Source: Klebsiella pneumoniae (GTDB taxonomy: Bacteria > Myxococcota_A > UBA796 > SXON01). From it: a stretch of DNA of 64,000 nucleotides. The position numbers were made by a program, and so were the translations under genes. Shown here piece after piece: positions 1 to 10,846 of this stretch (positions are counted from its first letter, which is position 1; each line of letters opens with the position of its first letter). Under the pieces are notes generated by a model that was not told the origin of the DNA, ran no database searches, and saw only the letters and a list, made by a program, of their open reading frames with translations. The stretch is taken from assembly GCA_945862325.1 (NCBI GenBank), contig CAMAXZ010000019.1, positions 6,205 to 70,204 of the forward strand, given 5' to 3'.

Positions 1-348
1 CGTCCTCGTGCTGCCGGGTCACGTCGGGTGTTGCGCGGCCCCGACGATCGCGTGGGCCCGGACGCTCGAGGGCGACGTGCGCGTGCACGTCATGACGCAC
101 TACGCGCCCGTCGGCCGGGCCCGTGGGCACCCGACGCTCGGCCGCGCGCTCGACCCGGTCGAGCAGGCCCAGGTCGCGTCGCTGTGCGCCGGCCTCTCCG
201 CCCCGCCCATCGGCGCCGGCGCGGGGTCCGCGGGCGAGGACCCGGACGTCCCCGTGGAGATCGACGGCGAAGGCCGACTGTTCTTCCCGTTCGTGACGGG
301 CTCCGTGCTGCCGGCGCTCGAGGGGTATCGGTCGGTTAGCCCTGCGTC

Positions 349-1821
<1,473 letters not shown>

Positions 1822-2322
1822 ATGTCGGTGGTGGTCACCGTCGCGGCGGCGGGCGCCGTCACTGTAGGCGCGCCGGTGCTCAGCGCGCTCGCGGCGGCGG
1901 CGGCGGCGGCGCTCGGGATGCGCGTCCTGGACGCGGCGGAGCAGGAGCAGCACCGCGTGGATCTGCAGGCGCGCCGCGCCGCGCAGCTGACCGACCTCGA
2001 CACCTCGGTGGAGCTCAGCGTGGCCACGGAGGCCGTGGTGGATCAGGTCGTCGCCGACCGATGTGTCGTCGAGATGGCGGACGTTCGGGTGCTCTTGCGC
2101 ATGGAGCGCGACATTCGCGGCGCGCTGCGGGTCACCGCGCACGGGGAAGGGGTGAGCCGCGCGGAGGTGTCGCGGCGGGCCGAAGCGCTTCTCGGCCTCT
2201 TGCGTCAGCAGATCGCCTACCGCGACCTCGTGCGCCGCATGGAGGGGCACGGGTTCGCCGTGGCCGAAGAGCAGCGCGCCGCGGACGGCACCGTGCGCCT
2301 CCGCCTCCGGCGAGGCCGGTGA
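1822..2322 (+). CDS. DUF1257/Ycf35-like protein
   Basis: C-terminal QQIAYRDLV..MEGHGFAVAEEQRAADGTVRLRL resembles DUF1257; ATG directly follows the AAA stop codon. Confidence 0.6.
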   Translation: MSVVVTVAAAGAVTVGAPVLSALAAAAAAALGMRVLDAAEQEQHRVDLQARRAAQLTDLDTSVELSVATEAVVDQVVADRCVVEMADVRVLLRMERDIRGALRVTAHGEGVSRAEVSRRAEALLGLLRQQIAYRDLVRRMEGHGFAVAEEQRAADGTVRLRLRRGR

Positions 2323-2325
2323 CGC

Positions 2326-3096
2326 GTGTCCCGCTTCGACCACATCGTCGCGCCCGAGGCGGTCGACGGGCACGAGGAGGCTCGCCCGGGGCCGGAGCGC
2401 GTCCTGTCCACCGCGCGCACGGCGCTCGAGCACGGCGCGTTCGAGGCGGCGCTGCGCTTCTACAGCCGCGCGCTCGAGCAGGACCGGGGGAACGCGGAGG
2501 CGTGGATTGGGCAGGTGCGCGCGCTCCTCGGCATGGGGCAGCCGGAGGAGGCGGCGCGGTGGCTCGAGCAGGCCGCGGCCCAGCTCGGCGAACGACCGAC
2601 CCTGCACGCCCTTCGGGCTCTCGCGTCCCTCCAGGCGGGGCGGCTCGATGACGCGCGCGCGTGGTCGGACCGCGCGTTGCAGTCGGGTCGTGACGACCCG
2701 GAGGTCTGGCTCGCGCGCGCCGCCGTCGTGTATGGGGACGGACAGCCGAAGATGGGCCGGGTGAACCTCGACAAGGCCCACGAGCGCGCGCCGGGGCCGC
2801 TCGGCGCGCTCCACGCCGCAGAGGTCGCCCTGCACGCGGGGGATCTCCCCACCGCGCGCGTGTGGCTCGACCGTGCGCGCCGTGCCGACGACACCAACCC
2901 GCGCGTCGCCCTGGGCTACGGCGTGTACTGGGAGCGCGTCGGCGACCTCGCCCAGGCGCGTCAGGAGCTCGAGCGCGCGCTTGCCCTCGAGCCGCGCATG
3001 ACCTCCGCGCGTGTCGCGCTCGAGGACCTGTCCAACCGCGGGGTGTGGTCCCGCGTCGCCAGCGCCCTCCGCCGCTGGCTCGGAGGTGAAGCGTGA
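2326..3096 (+). CDS. Tetratricopeptide repeat protein
   Basis: Repeated TPR-like helices (AALRFYSRALEQDRGNAEAWIG, ARQELERALALEP). Confidence 0.85.
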   Translation: MSRFDHIVAPEAVDGHEEARPGPERVLSTARTALEHGAFEAALRFYSRALEQDRGNAEAWIGQVRALLGMGQPEEAARWLEQAAAQLGERPTLHALRALASLQAGRLDDARAWSDRALQSGRDDPEVWLARAAVVYGDGQPKMGRVNLDKAHERAPGPLGALHAAEVALHAGDLPTARVWLDRARRADDTNPRVALGYGVYWERVGDLAQARQELERALALEPRMTSARVALEDLSNRGVWSRVASALRRWLGGEA

Positions 3097-3335
3097 GCAC
3101 GGATGTCGATGATCCTGAGTTCGACGACGCCGAGATCCAGATCGAGCTGCGCCCCGACGGCACGGTCCGATTCGAGGTCGGCGGCGTGCCGGGCGCCGGG
3201 TGCGAGGCGCTCGAGCAGCGCGTGCTCGCGGCGCTCGGCGGCCGCGTCGTGGCGCGCGAGCACACGGCGTCGTTCTACCAGTCGCCGAAGCTGAGCCTCC
3301 TGGGTCGCGCGCAGCGGTGGCTCGGCCGGCGCTGA
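3093..3335 (+). CDS. DUF2997-like small protein
   Basis: IELRPDGTVRFEVGGVPGAGCEAL..LG..EHTASFY matches the DUF2997 pattern; GTGA overlap with the TPR gene. Confidence 0.75.
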   Translation: MSTDVDDPEFDDAEIQIELRPDGTVRFEVGGVPGAGCEALEQRVLAALGGRVVAREHTASFYQSPKLSLLGRAQRWLGRR

Positions 3336-3336
3336 C

Positions 3337-4230
3337 GTGCGTTGCGTCGCGTGTCACGAGCCGAACATGCCCGGGCTCACCCGGTGCTTCGCGTGCGGGC
3401 GCCCGTTGGCGGCCGCGGAGTCGCCGATCGCGGCGCCGCGTGTGCGGGCGGCGAACCCGTTCGCGCGCGCCGCCCCGGCGTCGACGCGGCCCACGCAGCC
3501 CCTCCGGTACACCGGCCCGGCGGTGGTCGCGGCGGCGCTCGGCGGGCTCGTGCCCGGCGCGTCTGCCCTCGTCCGGCGGGACCGGGCGTGGGGGTGGGCG
3601 TGCCTCGCGGCCTTCGGAGCGGGTTGGGCCGGGGTGTTCCTCGCGTGGGAGCGCCCGGCGGTGCTGGCGTTCGCCTGGGCCCTCGTGTTCGGGGCGATCG
3701 CGGCGTCGACGGCGCGTGAGGTGGTGGCGCGGCTCGGGGCCCGCCCACGGGCGGTCCTGGTGGCGGCCACGCTCGGCCTCGCGGCCGTCATCGCCTGGAA
3801 CACAGCCTTCGAGGTCGTGACGAACCTCGCCGTGGCGCCGATCGCGGTCGCCCGCGCCGAACGGCTCTCCGCTGGGCGGTACCTCACCACCCCGGTCGTC
3901 GCGCCCACCCCGGACACCCTCGTCGCCGCGCGGGCCGACGCCGGCCGCACCGAGTGGGTCGTCGCGCCCGTCCTGGCGACGGCACGGCAGCAGATCGAGC
4001 TCTTCGACGGGCGGGTGTACGTCGACGGCGCGCCGACGCCCGTGACGCCGCTCGTCGGCGCGGTGATCCCGCCGTTCGACCCGTTCGTCGTGCCCGACGA
4101 CCACGTGGTCCTGTACGCGGCGCCGTTGCGCCCCTTGCCCGTCGGCGCGATCCGCGGTCGAATCCACTACCGCCTCTCCCCCGTCGACGCGCGCGGGCCC
4201 GTCACCTGGCCCCCGGATCCCACCCGATGA
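3337..4230 (+). CDS. Zn-ribbon + multi-TM membrane protein with degenerate signal peptidase I (S26)-like C-terminus
   Basis: N-terminal CVAC..CFAC, about 4 hydrophobic segments, C-terminal IELFDGRVYVDG..FVVPDDHVV..PLPVGAIRGRI resembling LepB but without the SM/KR catalytic motifs. Confidence 0.55.
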   Translation: MRCVACHEPNMPGLTRCFACGRPLAAAESPIAAPRVRAANPFARAAPASTRPTQPLRYTGPAVVAAALGGLVPGASALVRRDRAWGWACLAAFGAGWAGVFLAWERPAVLAFAWALVFGAIAASTAREVVARLGARPRAVLVAATLGLAAVIAWNTAFEVVTNLAVAPIAVARAERLSAGRYLTTPVVAPTPDTLVAARADAGRTEWVVAPVLATARQQIELFDGRVYVDGAPTPVTPLVGAVIPPFDPFVVPDDHVVLYAAPLRPLPVGAIRGRIHYRLSPVDARGPVTWPPDPTR

Positions 4231-5282
4231 ACATCCTCGAGCTCCTCCACGAGGCCCGCCGCGTGGGGGCCAGCGATGTGCACCTCGTCTCCGGCCGGGC
4301 GCCGATGTGGCGCATCCACGGCTACATCGAGCCCTCCCCGGCGGAGCCGCTCACGTCGGACACGATCCGGAGCCTGATCTTCGATCTGCTGGACGACAGC
4401 CAGCGCCGCGCGTTCGAGGCCGCCCACGAGCTGTGCTTCTCCCTCGAATTCGGCGAGCTCGGCTTCTTCCGCTTCAGCGTGGCGGCGGCGATGGGGCGCG
4501 TCGAGGCGTCGATCCGCGTCGGCGCGCTCGAGCTGCCGACCCTCGGCGAGCTCGGCCTGCCCGACGTCCTGCTCGAGGCCGTGCGTCGGCCGAGCGGCCT
4601 GTTCCTGGTCACCGGCCCCACGGGCGTGGGGAAGACCACGACGCTCAACGCCCTGCTCGCCTCGATCAACCGTGAAGAGCGGAAGAAGATCGTCACGATC
4701 GAGGACCCGGTCGAGTACCTCCACCCCCAGGCTCGGTCCCTCGTCGTTCAGCGCGAGGTGGGGCGAGACACCGCGAGCTTCCACACCGGCATCGTGCACG
4801 CCCTCCGGCAGGACCCAGACATCGTGTGTATCGGCGAGATGCGCGATCTCCCGACCATCTCGGCGGCGCTGACGGCCGCCGAGACGGGGCACCTCGTGTT
4901 GGCGACGCTGCACACGAGCTCGGCGGCGCAGACCGTGAATCGCATCGTCGACGTCTTCCCACCGGCGCAACAGACACAGGTGCGCATCCAGCTCGCGAGC
5001 ACGATCCAGGGCGTGTTCGCGCAGCGCCTCCTGCCGCGCGCCGACGGGCGCGGCCGGCTGCTCGTGTACGAGCTGCTGCTCGCGAACACCGCGGCGCGCG
5101 CGATGATCCGCGACGGGAGGGCGCACCAGCTCAACAACGTCATCCAGACGGGCGCGACGCGCGGCATGCGCCAGATGGACACGATGATCCGGGAGGCCTA
5201 CGCCGCCGGCGACATCACCTACGACGTGGCCCTCGGCGCGATGAACGAGCCCGACGCGCTCACGTCGCGCCCGCTCCGGTAG
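4227..5282 (+). CDS. pilT: PilT/PilU-family type IV pilus retraction ATPase
   Basis: ASDVHL, Walker A GPTGVGKTT, TIEDPVE, QREVG, LRQDPDIVCIGEMRD, GHLVLATLHT; ATGA overlap with the upstream gene. Confidence 0.9.
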   Translation: MNILELLHEARRVGASDVHLVSGRAPMWRIHGYIEPSPAEPLTSDTIRSLIFDLLDDSQRRAFEAAHELCFSLEFGELGFFRFSVAAAMGRVEASIRVGALELPTLGELGLPDVLLEAVRRPSGLFLVTGPTGVGKTTTLNALLASINREERKKIVTIEDPVEYLHPQARSLVVQREVGRDTASFHTGIVHALRQDPDIVCIGEMRDLPTISAALTAAETGHLVLATLHTSSAAQTVNRIVDVFPPAQQTQVRIQLASTIQGVFAQRLLPRADGRGRLLVYELLLANTAARAMIRDGRAHQLNNVIQTGATRGMRQMDTMIREAYAAGDITYDVALGAMNEPDALTSRPLR

Positions 5283-5288
5283 GCGGCC

Positions 5289-7139
5289 TCAGCGCCCGTC
5301 GCGGAGGTGCTCGAGGGTCTTCTCCCCGATGAAGGGCGTCGCGGCCATCGCGCCGACATCGGCGAACGGCCGCTTCTCGAGGATCACGCTCGCCTGGCGG
5401 GGCGCGATGCCGAGGGCGAGCAGCTCGGAGCGGGTCGACTCGTTCGCGAGGCGGAGGGCCGCGGCGGCTTGCACGGCCGTGAACGCCACCCCGTCGGCGA
5501 CGATGACTCCGCCCGACGGCCGCGGGGCCGGCGCCGCGGCGTCGCGCTTCGCGGCGGACGGTGTCCGGGCTTTGCGCTCGAACACGACGTGGGTCGTCGA
5601 TGTGTCACCGGATACATCGAGCTCGACCTGCTCCGCGTCGGCGCCGAGCCTCACGACCAGCGCGAGACGTCTCATGTCCGCGGGGACCTCCATCGCGCCG
5701 GCGTACGGGGTGTCGCCGAGCGCCGCGCCGTCGCGGAGCACGGTCGCGCCGGCCGGCTCGCTCGATACGAGCAGCCACACCGTGCGGGTGATCGCCGCTG
5801 GCTCGAAGACCGGCTCGAGCGCGGGATCGAGCTCGTCGGGCGCGTCGACGGCCGGCGCCTCGCTCGCGGTCGGCGCCGTGAGTGTCCACAGCGCGGCCCC
5901 GCTGAGGCTTCCGAGCAGGGTCATCGCCCCGAGGGCGGCGAGCACGGGCAGACCCCGACGGGCCGCGCCGACGCGCGCCGGGCGCGGTGGGGGCGTTGGC
6001 GCGTCGGGGGGTGCGGGCGGCTCGCGCGGCGGGAGCGGCGTGACGATCGGTGTCGGCGGCGGGGTCGGCTCCGGCGGGCGCGGCGCGTGTACGTCCGAGA
6101 GGCGACGCGCGCCCGTGCGCACGTGGGATCGGTGCAGGGACGCGGCGGCGTCGATGCGCGTCGCGCCGCTCCCTTCGTCGGGCTCTCCCGGCGCGAACCC
6201 CATGGGAGCGAGCTGGGTCTCGAACCCCACGATCACGCCTTCGAGCGCGTCGATCACCGCGTCGCAGTCCGGAAAACGGTTGCTCGGCCGCTTCTCCAGG
6301 CACTTCCGCACGATCGCCTCGAGCTCGGGCGGTACGGCGACCTGCGGCGCACGGTCGCGCATCGGCGGCACGGCCGTGTGCAGGTGGGCCGCCACGAGCG
6401 CGGCGCTCCCGCGCACGTCGAACGGCAGGCGTCCGGTGAGGCTCGCGTAGAGCATGACGCCCACCGCATAGATGTCGGTCCGCGCGTCGGTGGTCTCGCC
6501 GCGGGCCTGTTCGGGGGCGACGTACTGCGGGGTCCCCAGGAACGTCCCGTGCTGCGTGAGCTCGGGGGCGATCGACGCGGAGAGCGACGGCGCGACGCCC
6601 CGCTCGTCGTCGGTCTGGAACGACTTCACGAGCCCGAAGTCCACCACCTTCGCCACCACGCCGTCGTCGCCCGGCACGAGGATGACGTTCGCGGGCTTCA
6701 TGTCGCGGTGGACCATGCCGGCGCGATGCGCGTGGCGAAGGCCCCGCAGGATCTGAGCGAAGACCTCGATCGTCTGGCGGGCGCTCAGGGGCCCGTCGCG
6801 CAGGACGTCCTGCAGGCTACGCCCGTCCAGGAGCTCCATCACGATGTAGCAGCGGCCGTCGTCCAGCCGGCCGAAGTCGTGCACGGTCACGACGTTCGGG
6901 TGCCGCAGGTTGCCGGCGAGCGAGGCCTCGCGCAGCCAACGTTCGGCGAACGCCGCGCCCTCGGTGCCGCTGGCCGCGTCGCGTCGTGTGACCTTCACGG
7001 CGACGGGCCGCCCGAGCGGCTCCTGAACGGCGCGATAGACCCGCCCGATGCCGCCTTCGGCGATCGTGCCCTCGATGCGGTAGCGGTCTCCGAGGAGCTG
7101 ACCGACGAGGGCGCTCGGATCGTCCCACGCGGTGGTCAT
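5289..7139 (-). CDS. Hanks-type Ser/Thr protein kinase with TM, PEGA-like segment and C-terminal helix-hairpin-helix domain
   Basis: EGGIG, VAVK, HRDMKPAN, DFGL, GTPQYVAPE; Pro-rich linker; TM LPVLAALGAMTLLGSLSGAALW; SSEPAGATV..LGDTP; C-terminal LLALGIAPRQA..RPF..IGEKTLEHL. Confidence 0.9.
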   Translation of the reverse strand: MTTAWDDPSALVGQLLGDRYRIEGTIAEGGIGRVYRAVQEPLGRPVAVKVTRRDAASGTEGAAFAERWLREASLAGNLRHPNVVTVHDFGRLDDGRCYIVMELLDGRSLQDVLRDGPLSARQTIEVFAQILRGLRHAHRAGMVHRDMKPANVILVPGDDGVVAKVVDFGLVKSFQTDDERGVAPSLSASIAPELTQHGTFLGTPQYVAPEQARGETTDARTDIYAVGVMLYASLTGRLPFDVRGSAALVAAHLHTAVPPMRDRAPQVAVPPELEAIVRKCLEKRPSNRFPDCDAVIDALEGVIVGFETQLAPMGFAPGEPDEGSGATRIDAAASLHRSHVRTGARRLSDVHAPRPPEPTPPPTPIVTPLPPREPPAPPDAPTPPPRPARVGAARRGLPVLAALGAMTLLGSLSGAALWTLTAPTASEAPAVDAPDELDPALEPVFEPAAITRTVWLLVSSEPAGATVLRDGAALGDTPYAGAMEVPADMRRLALVVRLGADAEQVELDVSGDTSTTHVVFERKARTPSAAKRDAAAPAPRPSGGVIVADGVAFTAVQAAAALRLANESTRSELLALGIAPRQASVILEKRPFADVGAMAATPFIGEKTLEHLRDGR

Positions 7140-7212
7140 CAAGCGCTAGCGTAGCGCGCACCCGGCGGAGTCGCGCGGCGTCCGCGTGTCGCGTGCGAGA
7201 CGATCGCGTGGC

Positions 7213-7845
7213 TCAGAGGGCGCGAACGTCGTCCGCGCGCGCGCTGAAGCCGACCCCCGGCGCCGTCTCCACGCGGGACTCCCAACCGACGAAGCCGACG
7301 CCGGGACAGTATCGGGTGGTCAACGTGATGCTTCGATCGTCGCGGTTCGTGACACACACCGCGTCGAGCCCGCCGTCGCAGGTCGATCCGGGCGCGAGGG
7401 TGCACGAGCGGACCACCGTGCCGTCGGCGACGCGATGCGTGCCGGTCCACGCGTCGCCCGCGGCCGGGGTCGCGGGGAGGACGAGGTAGGGAGGGTCGAA
7501 GCGCGCGAACGGGCGCTGGCCGATCGTGGTGCCGTGCACCTCGAAGCCGCGCGGGGTCCACGCCACCATCATGGTCTCTCGCGCGGGACCGCCGCCGGCG
7601 TCGCCCTCCGTGATCGTCCAGAACGTGCCTTGGGCCGTGTGGTTCGGGCCGGACCAACGCTGCTCGATCTCGCGGCGCGTGCCCCCGACGCCGTCGCCCC
7701 CCGTCGTCACTTCGGTCCAGCGATAGCCGCGCGCGGGCGGCACGAAGAGCGAGGTCGTGATCGGCAGGGGCGCGTTCGCCGCGACGGGCGCCGCGGTGAC
7801 CACCGGCGGCTTCGGACACGCGAGCAGGGTGAGGGCGAGCAACAT
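7213..7845 (-). CDS. Hypothetical lipoprotein
   Basis: MLLALTLLAC lipobox-like start, beta-rich body, C-terminal YCPGVGFV. Confidence 0.7.
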   Translation of the reverse strand: MLLALTLLACPKPPVVTAAPVAANAPLPITTSLFVPPARGYRWTEVTTGGDGVGGTRREIEQRWSGPNHTAQGTFWTITEGDAGGGPARETMMVAWTPRGFEVHGTTIGQRPFARFDPPYLVLPATPAAGDAWTGTHRVADGTVVRSCTLAPGSTCDGGLDAVCVTNRDDRSITLTTRYCPGVGFVGWESRVETAPGVGFSARADDVRAL

Positions 7846-7866
7846 GCGGCCGGATATACCGCCCCG

Positions 7867-8049
7867 ATGTCGGTCCCGCCGCTACAGCTGGGCCCCGCGG
7901 AGTGGGGCGTGTTCGTCGTCGCGAACCTCGTCATCACCTATTTCTGCGCGGGCCGCCTCGGCGACGATGTCGCGCGGTGGCGGGCCGCGGTGACGGGGCG
8001 CGACGCCCGGGATGCGTCAGGGCGCCGCGCCGAGGGTGCCAAGGAGTAG
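7867..8049 (+). CDS. Possible small membrane protein (60 aa)
   Basis: ATG lies 6 nt after TATACC; one hydrophobic helix WGVFVVANLVITYFC; overlaps the 3' end of the convergent gene by 33 nt. Confidence 0.35.
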   Translation: MSVPPLQLGPAEWGVFVVANLVITYFCAGRLGDDVARWRAAVTGRDARDASGRRAEGAKE

Positions 8050-8505
8050 GTTCGTAAGGAACAAAACCGCGTTTATCGACACGTGTCGGGCGACGGCCGC
8101 CGACGCCGGCTTCCAACGCGACACATCCCCGAGCAGCCCGCCGTCGAGCATGCGGGTCGGTTCGAGCGTGAAGATCTCGAGCCACACGTAGCTGACCCAG
8201 TAGGCGCCGAAGACGACGAGGCGCGCGATCGTCAGGGGATCGTCGATCGGCACCGCGAAGGCGTCGGGGAACCCGGCGCCGGGGTTCACCGCGTGGGCGT
8301 AGCGCCAGGCGCCGGCGAGGATGAAGAGCCCGAGCGACAGCCCGAGCGTGGCGCCCGTGGCCCGGAAGCAACGGACGAGGTCGGCTTCGGCCACCGACGG
8401 CACGGCGGAGCGGCCGACGAGGAGCAACGCGAACACCGCGAGGGTGCCGCCGTGCACGGTGCCGGCGAGGGTGAGCGCGAGCTCGGCGAGGGTGTGGACG
8501 GTCAC
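8017..8505 (-). CDS. Hypothetical 4-TM membrane protein
   Basis: GTG start overlapping the upstream stop; four hydrophobic segments. Confidence 0.75.
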   Translation of the reverse strand: MTVHTLAELALTLAGTVHGGTLAVFALLLVGRSAVPSVAEADLVRCFRATGATLGLSLGLFILAGAWRYAHAVNPGAGFPDAFAVPIDDPLTIARLVVFGAYWVSYVWLEIFTLEPTRMLDGGLLGDVSRWKPASAAVARHVSINAVLFLTNLLLGTLGAAP

Positions 8506-9941
8506 GAGGGCTCCGCGAGCGGCCCGAGCACGTCCGCCGCGATCGACGCGCCCGGGGCGTCGAGGGCGGCGCGCGCCGCGGGGCGGGTCGCGTCGTCGAA
8601 GCGTGCGAGGGCGAGCGCCTCGCGGCCGGAGGGGGCGATCAGGCGCGCTTCTGCCTCCGCGCCGGTGCCGAGGGGCAGGCTGCGGCGCTCGGGCCACGAG
8701 CCGCCGCGGGTCGTGTGGACGCGCACCTCGACGGGGAGCGCCCACCGGAAGGCGTCGAGATCGCAGGCGGTGAGGTCGCCGGGCCGGACGCGCAAGGCCG
8801 CGGCGACGCGATCCGGGCGGGCTCGCACGATCCGAGGGAGGTCGTCGATCGAGAAGGGTGGGAGCCCGCCGTCGAGCTCGAGGCCGCGTCGCGCGTCGCG
8901 CGCCGACGACCATCCGCCGAACAGCGGCCCGAGCGCGCGGGCGAGGCGCTCGTGGGCGGCGAGGGTGAGCCCCCAGTCGTGCTCCACCGTGACGCGCGCC
9001 GCGAGCGCGTCGATCTCCGTGGCGCGCTCCGCGAGCGCGGCCGGGGCGAGGTCGGCGGGGGACAGGGAGTGCCGCGCCACGAGCACCGCGATGCTGCGCG
9101 GGAGGGCGCTGGCGAGGTCGGCCCCGGCGGCGCGGTGCATGGCCCAGGTGTGGGCGTTGACGCGGAGCTCGACGCGCTCGACCTGGTCGGCGCGAAGGCG
9201 CTTGTCGGCCGCCTTCACGTGGCGGCGGAGGATCTCGTCGACCGACTCGAGCGCGGTCGCGCCCCAGACCAGCCCGGGGAAGGCGCGCACGAGGAGCGTG
9301 CGGGTGAGCCAGACCTCGCCGAGCCCCGCGAAGGCGCCGTGGAGCGGGCGCCGTGTGCGAGGCGCCCACCACGAGCCGCCCGGATCGAGCAGGTCCGTCG
9401 GCCCCCCGCTCGCGCGCTCGGCGGCGAGCGACGCTTCGATCGCCAGCGCCGGGCCGTCCGCGTCGCGCAGCGGCACGTGGCGTCCGGAGATGATCGCGCC
9501 GGCGACGGCGCGCGCGAAGGTGGTGGCATCGTCGCCGCGCAGCCACGCCGCCGCGGCGGCGCCGGCCGCGGTCGCGGCGTGGGTGTCGGCGTGACCGGCG
9601 CGCGGTCCGAAGAGGATCGCGAGGCCGATGCGCCCGCCCACCTCGTTGGCGACGACCAACGCGGTGGCGAGCTCGTCGAGCGTGCGGTCCCTGCCGAGCG
9701 CCCACACCACGTGCGGCGCCACGAGGCCGACGCGCCCCGCGAGCACCGGGTCGTCCCACGCGTGGCGCGCGGCGGCGGCGGAGAGGCGGGCGGCCAGGGT
9801 GGGGCCGGGGTGCGCGCCGGACGCGCGCGCGGCGCCCAGGGCGGCGACGAGCTGGAGGCGTCCGAGGGCGAGGACGTCGGCGGGGAGGTCCGCCGGGCGC
9901 ATGGAGCGCGCACGTGCGGCGAGGGCGTCGAGGATGGTCAT
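8502..9941 (-). CDS. MmgE/PrpD-family protein (divergent)
   Basis: DLPADVLALGRLQLVAALG, ALVVANEVGGRIG, LGEVWLTRTLLVRAFPG, DQVERVEL follow the MmgE/PrpD layout. Confidence 0.75.
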   Translation of the reverse strand: MTILDALAARARSMRPADLPADVLALGRLQLVAALGAARASGAHPGPTLAARLSAAAARHAWDDPVLAGRVGLVAPHVVWALGRDRTLDELATALVVANEVGGRIGLAILFGPRAGHADTHAATAAGAAAAAWLRGDDATTFARAVAGAIISGRHVPLRDADGPALAIEASLAAERASGGPTDLLDPGGSWWAPRTRRPLHGAFAGLGEVWLTRTLLVRAFPGLVWGATALESVDEILRRHVKAADKRLRADQVERVELRVNAHTWAMHRAAGADLASALPRSIAVLVARHSLSPADLAPAALAERATEIDALAARVTVEHDWGLTLAAHERLARALGPLFGGWSSARDARRGLELDGGLPPFSIDDLPRIVRARPDRVAAALRVRPGDLTACDLDAFRWALPVEVRVHTTRGGSWPERRSLPLGTGAEAEARLIAPSGREALALARFDDATRPAARAALDAPGASIAADVLGPLAEPS

Positions 9942-9960
9942 CGGGTTCCGGCGCGGCGCT

Positions 9961-10722
9961 TCACGCGTAGCCGATCTCCGGGACCGGCGTGAGCGCCGTC
10001 TGGCGCAGGATGTCCACGATGGTCTGCGGGCTCTCGTCCCCGAGGGCTTCGCGGATGCACGCCGCGCGGCCGCTGAGCCACGCGGTGGCGAGGCCGGAGC
10101 CTCGGTAGGTCGAGCGCGTGCGCTCCGGCGTGAGCCCGTGGCCGTGCGTGAGGAACTTGCCGGTGAGGGAGCCCCACTGCTTCGCGGGGAAGCGGTGCGG
10201 GGCGAAGTAGTACACCTTGTCGACCGGGCAGTCGGGATGGCTCGCCACGCCGACCGTCTCGGGGAGGTCGGCGGGGTAGGCCCGCTCGCCCTTCGGGTGC
10301 GCGGCGGCGAGCACGATCGCGCCCTGCTCGACCGCGAGGGCGCAGCAGTCCCGCAGCAACAGGGCCTTGCCCATGTTCGGCGTCCCGAGGGAGAGGTTGA
10401 TGATCCGCGCGCCGTTGCGCGCGGCGAGCTCGATGCCGGCGGCCATCAGGTCGGCGGAGGTCCGAAGCGCGCCGTCCATGATCTTGATGCACAGGAGCTG
10501 CGCGCCGGGCGCCATGGCGTGAACGGCCGCGGCCACGTCGGTGCCGTGCCCGTTCGCGTCGGCGAACTCGCCTTGGATGAGGACGTGCTGCGTCGCGCTC
10601 ATGGCGAGGCTGAGGCCGCTGATCTTCGCGCCGACGAGGCGGGGGTCGTTCACGTCGACCCCGCTGTCGATGACCGCGACGATCTGTCCTTGTCCGGTGT
10701 ACTCCTGTCCGCGGAACCGCAT
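9961..10722 (-). CDS. S8 subtilisin-like peptidase domain protein, nucleophile motif altered
   Basis: VAVIDSGV (Asp), NGHGTDVA (His), IINLSLG, YPA; the Ser motif reads RGSGLAT instead of SGTSMAT. Confidence 0.8.
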   Translation of the reverse strand: MRFRGQEYTGQGQIVAVIDSGVDVNDPRLVGAKISGLSLAMSATQHVLIQGEFADANGHGTDVAAAVHAMAPGAQLLCIKIMDGALRTSADLMAAGIELAARNGARIINLSLGTPNMGKALLLRDCCALAVEQGAIVLAAAHPKGERAYPADLPETVGVASHPDCPVDKVYYFAPHRFPAKQWGSLTGKFLTHGHGLTPERTRSTYRGSGLATAWLSGRAACIREALGDESPQTIVDILRQTALTPVPEIGYA

Positions 10723-10846
10723 GCGTGTGCCCGGCCTCGATGGGGGAGGATACGGACTGCGGCCCGGGCGCGCAAGCGCGCCCGCCTGCCGGCCGGCGCG
10801 GGACATCGGCGGAACCCGGAGCTAAGGTGAGGAGGGGAGGCAGCGG

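Noticed and set aside
3343-3357. CVACH as a haem c site
   Set aside because: It is at the extreme N-terminus before the TMs and is paired with a second CxxC, so a Zn ribbon explains it better
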